Shown piece by piece: positions 8,894-18,747 of a DNA stretch of 64,000 bases. The number at the start of each line of letters is the position of its first letter. Positions within the stretch are counted from its first letter, which is position 1. Source of the DNA: an uncultured Pikeienuella sp. (lineage in GTDB: Bacteria > Pseudomonadota > Alphaproteobacteria > Rhodobacterales > Rhodobacteraceae); contig CBFHXH010000008.1 in the NCBI GenBank assembly GCA_965659735.1, positions 74 to 64,073 of the forward strand, in the 5' to 3' direction. The notes below the pieces were generated by a model. It did not search any database. It was given only the letters and a program-made list of their open reading frames with translations, and had not been told where the DNA came from. A program made the translations under genes and the position numbers.

Positions 8894-9294
8894 CAGGCGT
8901 CAGCCTTCAACATGTTGCTGGCACAGTCGATGTATTTGACGCCCGCTTCAACTGCGCAGCGTGACGCCTCGGCCAGGGACCGGTCGCGGCACTTGGCCAG
9001 TTTCACCAACATGGGAAGGTTAGCGCCATAGATCACTTCGACACTGTCGGACCGGCTGGCCCCTATGGCGAGGTTGCATGGCGTGCCGCCAAACATGTCG
9101 GTGATCACGGCGACGCCTGAACCAGCGTCGACAGCCTCGACCGCAGCATCAATTTCGTGCTGTTTCTCGGTGAGATCATCATCTGGTTCCGTCGAGATGG
9201 CCATCACGCCTGGGTGCTTTCCCACGACATGCTCCATCGCCGCCTGCAATTCAGCGGCCAATCCACCATGTGCTACGATCACGAGACCGATCAT
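8890..9294 (-). CDS. manX: PTS EIIA-Man family component
   Basis: MIGLVIVAHG, TDMFGGTPCN, GANLPML motifs. Confidence 0.92.
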   Translation of the reverse strand: MIGLVIVAHGGLAAELQAAMEHVVGKHPGVMAISTEPDDDLTEKQHEIDAAVEAVDAGSGVAVITDMFGGTPCNLAIGASRSDSVEVIYGANLPMLVKLAKCRDRSLAEASRCAVEAGVKYIDCASNMLKADAC

Positions 9295-9414
9295 GCACTC
9301 ACCTTTGTCTTGAGCCGCTTGCGACTCGCATCCCTAAGCGAGTTAGAATTAGGCTTATGGCTTTACGAAGCAAGTGTTGCGTTACAGCGAAACGTTGAAT
9401 TCGACGCAAAGCGC

Positions 9415-9855
9415 CTATTCTTCGGCGTCTGGATCAATCGGACCGTCGTATTGCAACGCCAGGATCAGCGCCGCGGCGGTCAGCGAAGGCGCCTTTTTTA
9501 ACAAACGCGCCTTGGCGCCTGCATGTTCGTGAAAGGCGACAAAGGGCAGGCGTTCGGTTTCTTCGCTCGCCAAGTCGACCACCAGGTCCAGTTTAACGGC
9601 GCCTTCGCGCAGCGGACAGGGAAGAATGCCAACATTGCGCGCTTCGATCAGGCCCCGGGCGCCAATTGGCGCTTCGGCCCATAGGGCGCCCTTTTTAGCG
9701 GACAGCATGACCATGTCGTCGGCCACCAGCTCTGCGCCCAGCGCAATCAGCTCAATCGCAAGGGATGATTTGCCGGACCCAGCCGGACCAAGGATCAGAA
9801 GGCCGCAATCGTTCAGGGCGACGGCGCTGGCGTGAATGGTGTCTGCTTCGCTCAT
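9415..9855 (-). CDS. hprK: Short alphaproteobacterial HPr kinase/phosphorylase
   Basis: IHASAV, GPAGSGKS Walker A, LVADD, GLIEARNVG motifs; canonical position after chvG. Confidence 0.9.
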   Translation of the reverse strand: MSEADTIHASAVALNDCGLLILGPAGSGKSSLAIELIALGAELVADDMVMLSAKKGALWAEAPIGARGLIEARNVGILPCPLREGAVKLDLVVDLASEETERLPFVAFHEHAGAKARLLKKAPSLTAAALILALQYDGPIDPDAEE

Positions 9856-11633
9856 AAGGGCAACTCAAAAATAAATCGGGCCCCGAGGGGCGGCGTGTCA
9901 GTCTTGTCGGGCGGGCGGATGTTTTCGGCCCAGATGGTTCCACCATGCGCCTCGATGATCTGCTTGGAGATCGAAAGGCCCAGGCCAGAGTGATTGCCGA
10001 ATTCTTCGTGATCCGGGCGTTCAGAATAGAAGCGTTCGAAGATCGAGCCAAGGTTTTCATCCGGGATTCCCAGTCCCTGATCTTCGACCTGCACGCGGAT
10101 CGACGATCCGGTGCGGTAGGCGCTGATGGTGACGGCGGCACCTTCGCTGGAAAAGGACAACGCATTGCCCACAAGGTTCTGCAAAACTTGGCCAATTCGC
10201 CCTTCAAGCCCGCGGAGGACCAGTTCTTCGTTCGATGGGCTGACCAGAATGCGGGCGCCGCGTTCTTCAGCCTGGCTAAGGTTCAAATCCGCCATCGTGT
10301 CGATCAGCGCGCGGATATCAAAGCGCGTCATCTCTTCGCGCACCAGCTCAGCATCCAGCCGCGACGCGTTCGAAATGTCCGTGACCAGTCGGTCCAGTCG
10401 CTTGACGTCCTTTTCAATCACCAGCAGCAGCCGGGCCTGCATTTCAGGCGTCTTGGCGATGCGCAAGGTTTCCACAGCTGATCTTAGCGAGGTAAGCGGG
10501 TTCTTGATCTCATGCGCCACATCGGCCGCGAAACTTTCGATGGCGTCAATCCGCTCATACAGCTGCTCCGTCATCCGGCGCAGAGCGGATGAAAGATATC
10601 CGATCTCATCCGGACGGGCGGTGAGGTCGGGAAAGCGAATGCGTTCGGGGTTCATGGGCCGCGCTTCCTGCGCGCCGCCAGCCTCAGCCGCCTCGGCAAG
10701 GCGCCGGATCGGTTTTGCGATAGTGTTGGCCAGCAACACTGAAAGCGCAAGCGAGATCGCCAGAGCGACGAGGAACACCTGTAGGATCGAATAGCGTTCG
10801 GCCCGCACGATCCGGTCGATATCACCGCCTTCGGTCGACAGCATCAGAACGCCTAGCACGGCCTTGAAGCGCTGGATCGGCACTGTGACCGATACGATCA
10901 GCTCACCTTCCGAGTTGACGCGTTCCCACCGCGCGACGCCGCCGCGCATGGCTGCGTAAACTTCCTTTTCCTCGGCCACGCCGTCGATGGGTGTTTCGCG
11001 GTAGATGGCGGGCGATTCGGTGAAGAATTTCAAGACCTCTTCGTAGTTCCGCTCCATCAGCGACAGGATGCTTTCCTCGGGCGATTCGCCCGGCGGCGGC
11101 AGCGGCCGCGTTGCGACCCGCCCCGCGCCGCGCAGCAAATTGCGTGTATCCCCCGTCAAACGGCCAGCGCGATCATAGATCTGCGCGCGCACGCCGGATG
11201 GCTGGACGAGACGGCGCAACACTTCGTTGGCGCGGACGGGATCAAACCGTGTGCCAGACGGGCCAATTGCGGCGGCTTCGGCCACGGCTGCGGCGATAAT
11301 CTCGCCCTGGGTTTGCAGATGCTGCGTGCTTTGGTCGATCAGGCCGGACCGGAACTGGTTCAGGTACAGAACGCCCGCAACCAGCAGCCCCAATCCGATC
11401 AAATTGAAGGCGACAATGCGGCGAGCCAGCGATGACGTCGGCGATATGCCACCCCGGCGCATGCTGTTGCGAATGCGCCGGTGCCGGGCCCGGGCTGTTT
11501 CACGTGACCGACGGCGATCTTCGGTGATCAGGCCCAGCCAATCGCGGATCGGGTACAGGAATCCCTCTACGCCAGACAGCCTTTGCTTGTCTCGGCGCAG
11601 GGTGGTCTTCTCACGATCAGTAATCTGATCCAT
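9852..11633 (-). CDS. chvG: Sensor histidine kinase ChvG/ExoS
   Basis: SSLARRIVAFN, YLNQFRSGLI, ADVAHEIKNPLTS, FERFYSERP, GNHSGLGLSISKQI motifs. Confidence 0.95.
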   Translation of the reverse strand: MDQITDREKTTLRRDKQRLSGVEGFLYPIRDWLGLITEDRRRSRETARARHRRIRNSMRRGGISPTSSLARRIVAFNLIGLGLLVAGVLYLNQFRSGLIDQSTQHLQTQGEIIAAAVAEAAAIGPSGTRFDPVRANEVLRRLVQPSGVRAQIYDRAGRLTGDTRNLLRGAGRVATRPLPPPGESPEESILSLMERNYEEVLKFFTESPAIYRETPIDGVAEEKEVYAAMRGGVARWERVNSEGELIVSVTVPIQRFKAVLGVLMLSTEGGDIDRIVRAERYSILQVFLVALAISLALSVLLANTIAKPIRRLAEAAEAGGAQEARPMNPERIRFPDLTARPDEIGYLSSALRRMTEQLYERIDAIESFAADVAHEIKNPLTSLRSAVETLRIAKTPEMQARLLLVIEKDVKRLDRLVTDISNASRLDAELVREEMTRFDIRALIDTMADLNLSQAEERGARILVSPSNEELVLRGLEGRIGQVLQNLVGNALSFSSEGAAVTISAYRTGSSIRVQVEDQGLGIPDENLGSIFERFYSERPDHEEFGNHSGLGLSISKQIIEAHGGTIWAENIRPPDKTDTPPLGARFIFELPL

Positions 11634-11697
11634 GATCAGCCCCGGTTGTGAAAGACGCGCTGCGACCCAACACCCCGAGGGTCAGTCGCGCGGTTCG

Positions 11698-12396
11698 TCA
11701 GACTTCCTTGTAGCGATATCCAACGCCATAAAGTGTCTCAATTGAGGCAAACTCTTTGTCGACGACCCGGAATTTTTTGCGCACACGCTTAATGTGGCTG
11801 TCGATTGTGCGGTCATCCACGTAAACCTGATCGTCATAGGCCGCGTCCATCAGCTGATCGCGGCTCTTCACAAAACCGGGCCGCTGGGCCAAGGCGTGCA
11901 GGATCAGAAATTCTGTCACCGTCAACGTGACGCCCTGACCTTCCCAGGTGCAGGCGTGGCGCAACGGGTCCATGACCAGCTTGCCGCGGGTCAGAACCTT
12001 GTCCGCCTCGGTCCGCTCTGTCCCTTCCTCGCGCGCTTCGCGGCGGCGCAATACCGCGCGGATGCGTTCGATCAGCAGACGCTGCGAAAAAGGCTTGCGG
12101 ACGTAATCGTCGGCGCCCATGCGCAGGCCCAGAACCTCATCAATCTCTTCGTCTTTTGAAGTGAGGAAGATTACAGGTAGATCCGTTTTCTGACGTAGAC
12201 GGCGCAAAAGCTCCATCCCGTCCATCCGGGGCATCTTGATGTCCAGCACCGCCATATCCGGCGGTGACTGCTGCAACGCCGTCAGCGCGGATGCGCCATC
12301 GGTATAGGTGCGGACCTCATAGCCTTCGTTTTCCAGTGCCATCTGAACGGATGTCAGGATATTCCGGTCGTCATCGACCAGTGCAATTGTCGCCAT
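11698..12396 (-). CDS. chvI: OmpR-family response regulator ChvI
   Basis: [43 protein letters not shown] motifs. Confidence 0.96.
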   Translation of the reverse strand: MATIALVDDDRNILTSVQMALENEGYEVRTYTDGASALTALQQSPPDMAVLDIKMPRMDGMELLRRLRQKTDLPVIFLTSKDEEIDEVLGLRMGADDYVRKPFSQRLLIERIRAVLRRREAREEGTERTEADKVLTRGKLVMDPLRHACTWEGQGVTLTVTEFLILHALAQRPGFVKSRDQLMDAAYDDQVYVDDRTIDSHIKRVRKKFRVVDKEFASIETLYGVGYRYKEV

Positions 12397-12688
12397 TACG
12401 AACCCCTCGATCCCCCGGCTTCTTTTATATCCTGCGGTACTCTAGACACCATTGTCCATGTTCGCAATCGTTCCACTGTCGTGGCTGCGCCATATTGCCC
12501 ATCAATGGGGGCTTCGCTAATTCGGCCGTCATGTTAATAGAACCCACACCTTCGGGTAGGTTTTCGAATCAGGGTAATCGCCTTTATCCGATGGCCATCC
12601 GTTAACCGGCAGGCGCGGTAAAAAAGTGCCAAGCCGAAGACCAAATCAGATTACGCGCAGGTCGCGCGCAAAGTGAGGAGCGCCCCTG

Positions 12689-14293
12689 ATGGAAACTGGC
12701 GTAGTCAATCCTTCCGCCCGTTTGGAAACCCTCGGTGTCAGCGGACTGAAAGCTGTTCACTATAACCTCGGCAACGCCGGGCTGGTGCAAGTGGCGATTG
12801 AGCGGGGCGAAGGCGAGCTGGGTCAGGGCGGCGCGTTCCTCACCACCACGGGCAAACACACTGGTCGGTCCCCCAAGGACAAGTTCGTCGTGGATGAGCC
12901 GTTGGTGAAAGACACGATCTGGTGGGAAAACAACCCGCCCATGGCGCCTGAAGCGTTCAACACGCTGAAGGCTGACATGATCGCCCACATGACGGGCCGC
13001 GAATATTTCGTGCAGGATCTCTTTGGCGGCGCAGACCCCGCCTATCGCCTGAATGTGCGCGTCGTATCCGAAATGGCGTGGCACAACCTGTTCATCCGGC
13101 ACCTTCTGCGCCGGCCAGAGGTGGCTGAGCTGGAAAGCTTCCTGCCGGAATTCACCATCATCAACTGCCCCAGCTTCAACGCGGATCCGGCGAAGCATGG
13201 CTGCCGGTCCGAAACCGTGATCGCGATCAGCTTTGAACAGAAGATGATCCTGATCGGCGGCACGTCCTATGCCGGCGAGAACAAGAAATCGGTTTTCTCG
13301 GTTCTCAATTACCTTCTGCCGGATCAGGGCGTCATGCCGATGCATTGTTCCGCCAATCACGCGCCTGACGACGAAGACGACGTCGCCGTGTTCTTTGGCC
13401 TGTCGGGCACCGGCAAGACGACCCTTTCCGCCGATCCGGGCCGCGTGCTGATCGGTGATGATGAACATGGCTGGTCGAAAGACGGTACGTTCAACTTCGA
13501 AGGCGGCTGCTACGCCAAAACAATCAATCTGCGGGCGGAAGCTGAGCCTGAGATTTTCGCGACAACATCCAAGTTCGCGACAGTCATCGAAAACATGGTC
13601 TACGATCCGCACACCAAAGAACTTGATTTCGACGACGACAGCCTGACGCAGAACATGCGTTGCGCGTACCCTCTGGAATACATTTCCAACGCCTCCGCCA
13701 GCGCCACCGGCGGCATCCCAAAAAACGTGATCATGCTGACCTGCGACGCCTTTGGCGTGCTGCCGCCAATCGCACGGCTGACCCCGGCGCAAGCGATGTA
13801 TCACTTCCTGTCGGGCTTCACCTCCAAAGTCGCGGGCACCGAAAAAGGCGTGACCGAGCCAACCCCGACATTCTCCACCTGCTTTGGCGCGCCCTTCATG
13901 CCGCGCCGGCCCGAAGTGTACGGCGCCCTGCTCCGAGACAAGATCGCAGCGCACGGATCGACCTGCTGGCTGGTCAACACCGGCTGGACCGGCGGCGCGC
14001 ACGGCACCGGGTCACGCATGCCGATCCGCGCCACCCGCGCCCTGCTGACCGCGGCGTTGAACGGATCGCTGAACGAAGCTGAATTCCGCACTGACGAAAA
14101 CTTTAGCTTTGAAGTACCGGTTTCGGTTGCTGGCGTTGCGGACGTCATCCTCGACCCGCGCCGCACCTGGGACGACACCGCAGCTTATGACGCGCAGGCG
14201 CAGAAACTGGTGTCGATGTTCATCGAAAACTTCGTCCAGTACGAAAGCCATGTCGGCGGCGAAGTGATGGCCGCAGCGCCCGGCGCCGCCTAA
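12689..14293 (+). CDS. pckA: Phosphoenolpyruvate carboxykinase (ATP)
   Basis: [42 protein letters not shown] motifs; divergent from chvI as usual. Confidence 0.97.
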   Translation: METGVVNPSARLETLGVSGLKAVHYNLGNAGLVQVAIERGEGELGQGGAFLTTTGKHTGRSPKDKFVVDEPLVKDTIWWENNPPMAPEAFNTLKADMIAHMTGREYFVQDLFGGADPAYRLNVRVVSEMAWHNLFIRHLLRRPEVAELESFLPEFTIINCPSFNADPAKHGCRSETVIAISFEQKMILIGGTSYAGENKKSVFSVLNYLLPDQGVMPMHCSANHAPDDEDDVAVFFGLSGTGKTTLSADPGRVLIGDDEHGWSKDGTFNFEGGCYAKTINLRAEAEPEIFATTSKFATVIENMVYDPHTKELDFDDDSLTQNMRCAYPLEYISNASASATGGIPKNVIMLTCDAFGVLPPIARLTPAQAMYHFLSGFTSKVAGTEKGVTEPTPTFSTCFGAPFMPRRPEVYGALLRDKIAAHGSTCWLVNTGWTGGAHGTGSRMPIRATRALLTAALNGSLNEAEFRTDENFSFEVPVSVAGVADVILDPRRTWDDTAAYDAQAQKLVSMFIENFVQYESHVGGEVMAAAPGAA

Positions 14294-14302
14294 CACGTAT
14301 TT

Positions 14303-14330
14303 CGGTCAATCTGGATCACCAGATTGACCG
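14303..14330. terminator. Perfect 12-bp hairpin after pckA
   Basis: CGGTCAATCTGG-atca-CCAGATTGACCG; no strong U-tract. Confidence 0.6.
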
Positions 14331-14409
14331 GCCCGCTTAACATAACCGTTGTTTCGGCGATGGCGCTTGGTCTGCTACGATATTGTCGTCCAGAAACGTG
14401 AGGGCGACG

Positions 14410-15357
14410 ATGTTTCGCAATCTGATCCTGCCCGACTGTATCCCAGCCTTTATCTCGGCCTGCCTACTGGCGGCACCTGTCGCAGCCGATCTGCGGGTCA
14501 TCGCACTTGGGGACATGCCTTATGGCCCACCGGCGCAAACCTATCCGGCGTTCGAAGCCCTGATTGGCGAGATCAACGAAGCCGAACCAGATCTGGTGAT
14601 CCATGTCGGCGACATTCGCGGCGGCAAGACAACTTGCGAAAACGCGATCATCGACCAACAGCGGGTCCATATGGATCAGATCAACGCGCCGGTGCTGTAC
14701 ACCCCCGGCGACAACGAATGGACGGATTGTCACTTCAAAAAGCTGGGCGACTTCAGACCGATGGAACGGCTCGACCATATCCGCGCGACCTTCTTTGACG
14801 ACCCGACCCAATCGCTGGGCGCCACACCGATCAAGGTGTTTCATCAGGGTCAGGACGGCTTTCCCGAAAACACACGCCTGCGCATGAAAGACATTTTGAT
14901 CTTCACGCTGCATGTCGTCGGCTCAGATGATGGCGAGGGGCGCGAAGGCGGCGTCAGCAAGGCCGACCACAAGGCGCGCCGCAACGCCAATCTGGCCTGG
15001 TTGAGCGAAAGCTTCGCCCAAGCCGGCGGCGCAAAGGCTGTCATTGTGGCCATGCACGCCGACATGTTTAGCGGCAAAGGCTTCAAGACGAAAAAGCAGA
15101 AATGGAAGGGCGGATCCGCCTTTGAAGAGATTGGCGAAGCGCTGGCTGACGCTGTTGTCGCCTTCGGCAAACCGGTTCTGCTGCTCTATGGCGACGGGCA
15201 TGAATTCACGGTTACCCAACCGCTTTCCAAAACCGCGCCTAACCTGATGGCGATTGAGGTCTATGGCGCAAAAGACATGCACGCGGTGGAGATCACGGTG
15301 ACAGGCGACGATCCAAAGATGTTCCTGAACAAGGTCACGAACCCCGCGCTGAGGTGA
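14410..15357 (+). CDS. Secreted calcineurin-like metallophosphoesterase
   Basis: Signal-peptide-like N-terminus; LGDMPY, IHVGD, PGDNEWTDCH, MHAD and GDGH motifs. Confidence 0.82.
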   Translation: MFRNLILPDCIPAFISACLLAAPVAADLRVIALGDMPYGPPAQTYPAFEALIGEINEAEPDLVIHVGDIRGGKTTCENAIIDQQRVHMDQINAPVLYTPGDNEWTDCHFKKLGDFRPMERLDHIRATFFDDPTQSLGATPIKVFHQGQDGFPENTRLRMKDILIFTLHVVGSDDGEGREGGVSKADHKARRNANLAWLSESFAQAGGAKAVIVAMHADMFSGKGFKTKKQKWKGGSAFEEIGEALADAVVAFGKPVLLLYGDGHEFTVTQPLSKTAPNLMAIEVYGAKDMHAVEITVTGDDPKMFLNKVTNPALR

Positions 15358-15361
15358 AGAT

Positions 15362-15764
15362 ATGCCCAAATGGCTGGACCTGCCGCCGCTCTGGCTGATC
15401 GCAATAATGGTGCTGATGTATCTGGACGCAGTCTATGTCGCACTGATGCCAGAATGGCCGATGCCCTGGCTGGGCGGCGATCAGCTTTCGCGCACAGAAG
15501 ACAACGATCGTGCCGCATCAGGCGCCATCTGCGCTGATCACCAGCAGTGCTTTCGCTTATTCGCGGAGCCCAATTTACCTGACTGACGTGATCGTACTTG
15601 TCGGTTGGGGCCTGATCTGGGGCGCAATCCTGCCGTTTGTACTGGTGCCGATCTTTATCTGGATCCTGACCTCACGCTTCATCAAACCCGAAGAAGCCCA
15701 CCTGCACGCTGCATTCGGCGAAGAATTTGAAACCTACGCGGTGCAGGTTGGCCGCTGGTTTTGA
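15362..15764 (+). pseudogene. Isoprenylcysteine/phospholipid methyltransferase family, frameshifted by internal deletion
   Basis: MPKWLDLPPLWL...WLGG switches frame near 15476 to AISFRAQKTTIVPHQAPSALIT...YSRSPIYL...PEEAHL...RW. The expected second TM helix is missing. Confidence 0.8.
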
Positions 15765-15883
15765 CGCCGCAACCCAAATTGGGCGTCGCCCGGCATTTCA
15801 CAAAGCTGGCGCCACGGCGTCTTTGCCTTGAAAGACTTGGCTAGGCACGAAAGATATCGCCGAACATTACAGGAGCGCGCCGC

Positions 15884-16831
15884 ATGTCCGAAATCATTCT
15901 GCACAACTACCCGCAATCTCCCGTCGCAGAAAAGGTGCGGGTTGCGCTGGGGATCAAGCAGGCGACATGGCGGTCGGTTGAAATTCCGCGCATCCCGCCA
16001 AAACCCAGTCTGGTGAAGCTGACCGGCGGGTATCGGCGCACGCCCGTCATGCAGATCGGCGCTGACATCTATTGCGACAGCCAACACATCATGCGCGTCC
16101 TCGACGGGCGGCCCGGCCCCACCCTGCAGCCACGGGTCGAAGGGCTGATCTGGTTCCTCAGCCGCTATGTCGATGGCGAGTTCTTCAGTCTGGCGGTCAA
16201 ACTGGTGCTCGGCTCAACTGGCGACGCGCTGTCCGCCGATTTTGCTGAGGATCGCGGGCGTCTATATCTGGGCCCGGATTGGGCCGACAAGCTGAAAGAG
16301 GCGAACAGCGACCTGCCGCATATGGCGGCGCAGATGCGTGCGCCGCTGAGCTGGTTGGACGATCTGCTTTCGGATGGGCGCAGCTATCTGATCGGCGAGG
16401 AACCTGGCGTTCTGGACGCGCAGATCTATCACGTGATCTGGTTTCTGCGCAGACGCTGGGATCAGGGACCGGCCTTCCTGTCGGAATTCAAGAACCTCCT
16501 CCAATGGGAAGACACGGTGCGCGATCTGGGCCATGGGGCCCAGTCCGACATGTCCGCTGCAGACGCCATCGCAGTCGCCGCCGCAGCCAGCCCAGCACAC
16601 GCCAAAGGCGTCGCGCCCAGCGACCCACAGGGTCTGACCGTGGGCCAATCAGTTGTGATCAAGCCTGATGTGAACGGCGGCGAGCAGCCCGTTGAAGGGA
16701 CGATCTGGGCCGCAAATGCGGAGGAAGTAACGATCCACCGCCTTGATGCCGATTGCGGCGACCTGTGCGTTCACTTCCCTCGCGCAGGCTATCGCATCGA
16801 CCCCGTCGAAGGCGGCGTCCCACCAGATTGA
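15884..16831 (+). CDS. Glutathione S-transferase family protein
   Basis: ILHNYPQSPVAEKVR, GGYRRTPVMQIGADIYCDS motifs. Confidence 0.9.
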   Translation: MSEIILHNYPQSPVAEKVRVALGIKQATWRSVEIPRIPPKPSLVKLTGGYRRTPVMQIGADIYCDSQHIMRVLDGRPGPTLQPRVEGLIWFLSRYVDGEFFSLAVKLVLGSTGDALSADFAEDRGRLYLGPDWADKLKEANSDLPHMAAQMRAPLSWLDDLLSDGRSYLIGEEPGVLDAQIYHVIWFLRRRWDQGPAFLSEFKNLLQWEDTVRDLGHGAQSDMSAADAIAVAAAASPAHAKGVAPSDPQGLTVGQSVVIKPDVNGGEQPVEGTIWAANAEEVTIHRLDADCGDLCVHFPRAGYRIDPVEGGVPPD

Positions 16832-16944
16832 ACCGATCTGATGGGACGCCAAGACAGGCGATCGTGCGGCGTTATTGCCTCGCGCGTCGGGACGGCGTCA
16901 GTGCGATCATACAAACCCTGAGGCGATCCAAGCGGTTCCCGCAG

Positions 16945-17328
16945 TTACAGAACGGCCAGGTACAGCGCCAGAATGCAGAAAAAGCTTGCAACCCAGGTCA
17001 GTGTGCGCAGCCACGGGATCCCCATGATAAACACAACCGCGTAAGCAACACGCGCCGCAAGGAAGATGCGGATCGCCAGTTCGGTCGTCGCGCCGCCGCT
17101 TTCCGTCATGCTGACCATCACCGCCGCAGGCGCGACCAGCGCCATGGTCAGAATGCTGTTGTTGACCGCTTTTTCCGCCCGCGCCGCCATGCCGGTCGAA
17201 ACCAGACCTTCGCGGTTGCCAGCAAGCGCGACCAGCCCATGCTGGGCCATGCTGATCAGAAGCTGGACCAGGATCAGGACCAGCGTGAAAACGCCATACA
17301 TGGCGAGATAGCTCAATTCGACCGACAT
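16945..17328 (-). CDS. MAPEG family membrane protein
   Basis: LAGNRE, RAEKAVNNSI, FLAARVAYAVVFIMGIPWLRT motifs; start ATG 17328. Confidence 0.88.
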   Translation of the reverse strand: MSVELSYLAMYGVFTLVLILVQLLISMAQHGLVALAGNREGLVSTGMAARAEKAVNNSILTMALVAPAAVMVSMTESGGATTELAIRIFLAARVAYAVVFIMGIPWLRTLTWVASFFCILALYLAVL

Positions 17329-17532
17329 CAGAATTCTCTCCTTTTTGCGCCTCAACCACCGGGCGCTTGGCGGTGATCGTAATCAGGTCTCAGCGTTTCG
17401 ATCAAGGCGTCTGGCGGTGAACTCAAAGTGATGGATCCGGCGCATTTGGCCAAACTTCTGGACCAAATCACCCGTCCCGTGTACCGTGATTTCGATGAGG
17501 GCCCGTCAGAGGCCCCGCGATGAGGCAGTGCT

Positions 17533-18747
17533 ATGCAAGAACCCGAGCGGTTTTCGAACCTCCCGGAGTATGCGTTCCCACGTTTGCGGGCGCTACTTGA
17601 ACCTATTGCGCCTGGCGGTCCTGCAGGGTCCGAACCGGTTGCGATGTCGCTGGGGGAACCGCGCCATCCTCTCCCGCCATTTTTGGCGGAAGAACTGGCG
17701 CGCCATCACGCGGGCTATTCCAAATATCCGCCGAATGAAGGCGACCCAGACCTGCGCGCCGCAATCGCCGACTGGGCCAACCAGCGTTATGGCCTTGGCG
17801 CGCTTATGGACCCGGCGCACAACACCTTTCCGCTGAATGGCACGCGCGAAGGCCTGTTTTATTCCTGCGTTGCGCTGTCGCCGGAACAAAAGAACGGCAA
17901 GCCGCCTGTCGTACTGCTGCCGAACCCGTTCTACCAGTGCTACGCGGTCGCCGCGCTGACGTCGGGGGCGGAACCGGTTTATGTGAATGCATCGGCTGAA
18001 ACCGGGCACTTGCCCGATTTTGTAGCGCTGCCCGAAGACATTCTTGACCGTACAACGGTTGCCTATATCTGCTCGCCCGCGAACCCGCAGGGCGCGACGG
18101 CGGATATGGCGTATTGGACGGCCTTGCTCGCGCTAGCGGAAAAACACGATTTCCGCATCTTCGCCGACGAATGCTATTCCGAGATTTACCGTGCAACGCC
18201 CCCCGTCGGGGTGATGGAGGCGGCCAAGGCGACCTCAGCCGATCTGGACCGCGTACTGGCGTTTCATTCGCTGTCGAAACGATCAAACCTGCCCGGCCTG
18301 CGGTCAGGCTTTGTGATGAGCGGGGCGCACACGATCAAGCTTTTGCGCCAGATCCGTTCTTACGCCGGCGCACCGCTGCCACTGCCCGCGCAAAAGGCGG
18401 CCGCCGCTGTGTGGCGGGACGAAGAACATGTGGTAGAAAACCGCGCGCTTTATGCGGTGAAGTACGAAATGGCGGACGAAATCCTGGGCAACTTGCCAGG
18501 CTACATGTCGCCTGAGGCCGGGTTCTTCCTGTGGATTGAGGTGGATAACGGCGAAGACGTCACCACCCGGCTGTGGCGCGAAACGGGGGTCAAGGTTCTG
18601 CCTGGCGCTTACCTTTCGCGCCCTGCCGCGCCAGAACTTGGCGGCGACGATCCGGGGCTTGGGTATATCCGCGCCGCGCTGGTCGACACGCCAGACAATG
18701 TGCGCCGCGGCCTGACCGCGATCCGCGACGTGATTGGGGGTCTTTGA
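17533..18747 (+). CDS. Class I/II PLP aminotransferase (DapC-like)
   Basis: [53 protein letters not shown] motifs. Confidence 0.9.
   Translation: MQEPERFSNLPEYAFPRLRALLEPIAPGGPAGSEPVAMSLGEPRHPLPPFLAEELARHHAGYSKYPPNEGDPDLRAAIADWANQRYGLGALMDPAHNTFPLNGTREGLFYSCVALSPEQKNGKPPVVLLPNPFYQCYAVAALTSGAEPVYVNASAETGHLPDFVALPEDILDRTTVAYICSPANPQGATADMAYWTALLALAEKHDFRIFADECYSEIYRATPPVGVMEAAKATSADLDRVLAFHSLSKRSNLPGLRSGFVMSGAHTIKLLRQIRSYAGAPLPLPAQKAAAAVWRDEEHVVENRALYAVKYEMADEILGNLPGYMSPEAGFFLWIEVDNGEDVTTRLWRETGVKVLPGAYLSRPAAPELGGDDPGLGYIRAALVDTPDNVRRGLTAIRDVIGGL

Noticed and set aside
9295-9414. Missing rapZ between hprK and manX, possible remnant
   Set aside because: The spacer shows no coding remnant, and the hprK-manX-npr order without rapZ occurs in other alphaproteobacteria.
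12460-12473. GTTC-N6-GTTC upstream of chvI as a LexA box
   Set aside because: Spacer is 6 nt, not the required 7.
12602-14002. Long antisense ORFs (466 aa here; similar ones at 6957-7964, 20280-21218, 37738-38715, 41656-42570)
   Set aside because: Typical high-GC shadow frames opposite well-supported genes; no motifs or RBS.
17431-17523. 30-aa ORF (MDPAHLAKLLDQITRPVYRDFDEGPSEAPR) before the aminotransferase
   Set aside because: No convincing RBS or family signature; could be a remnant but cannot be supported.
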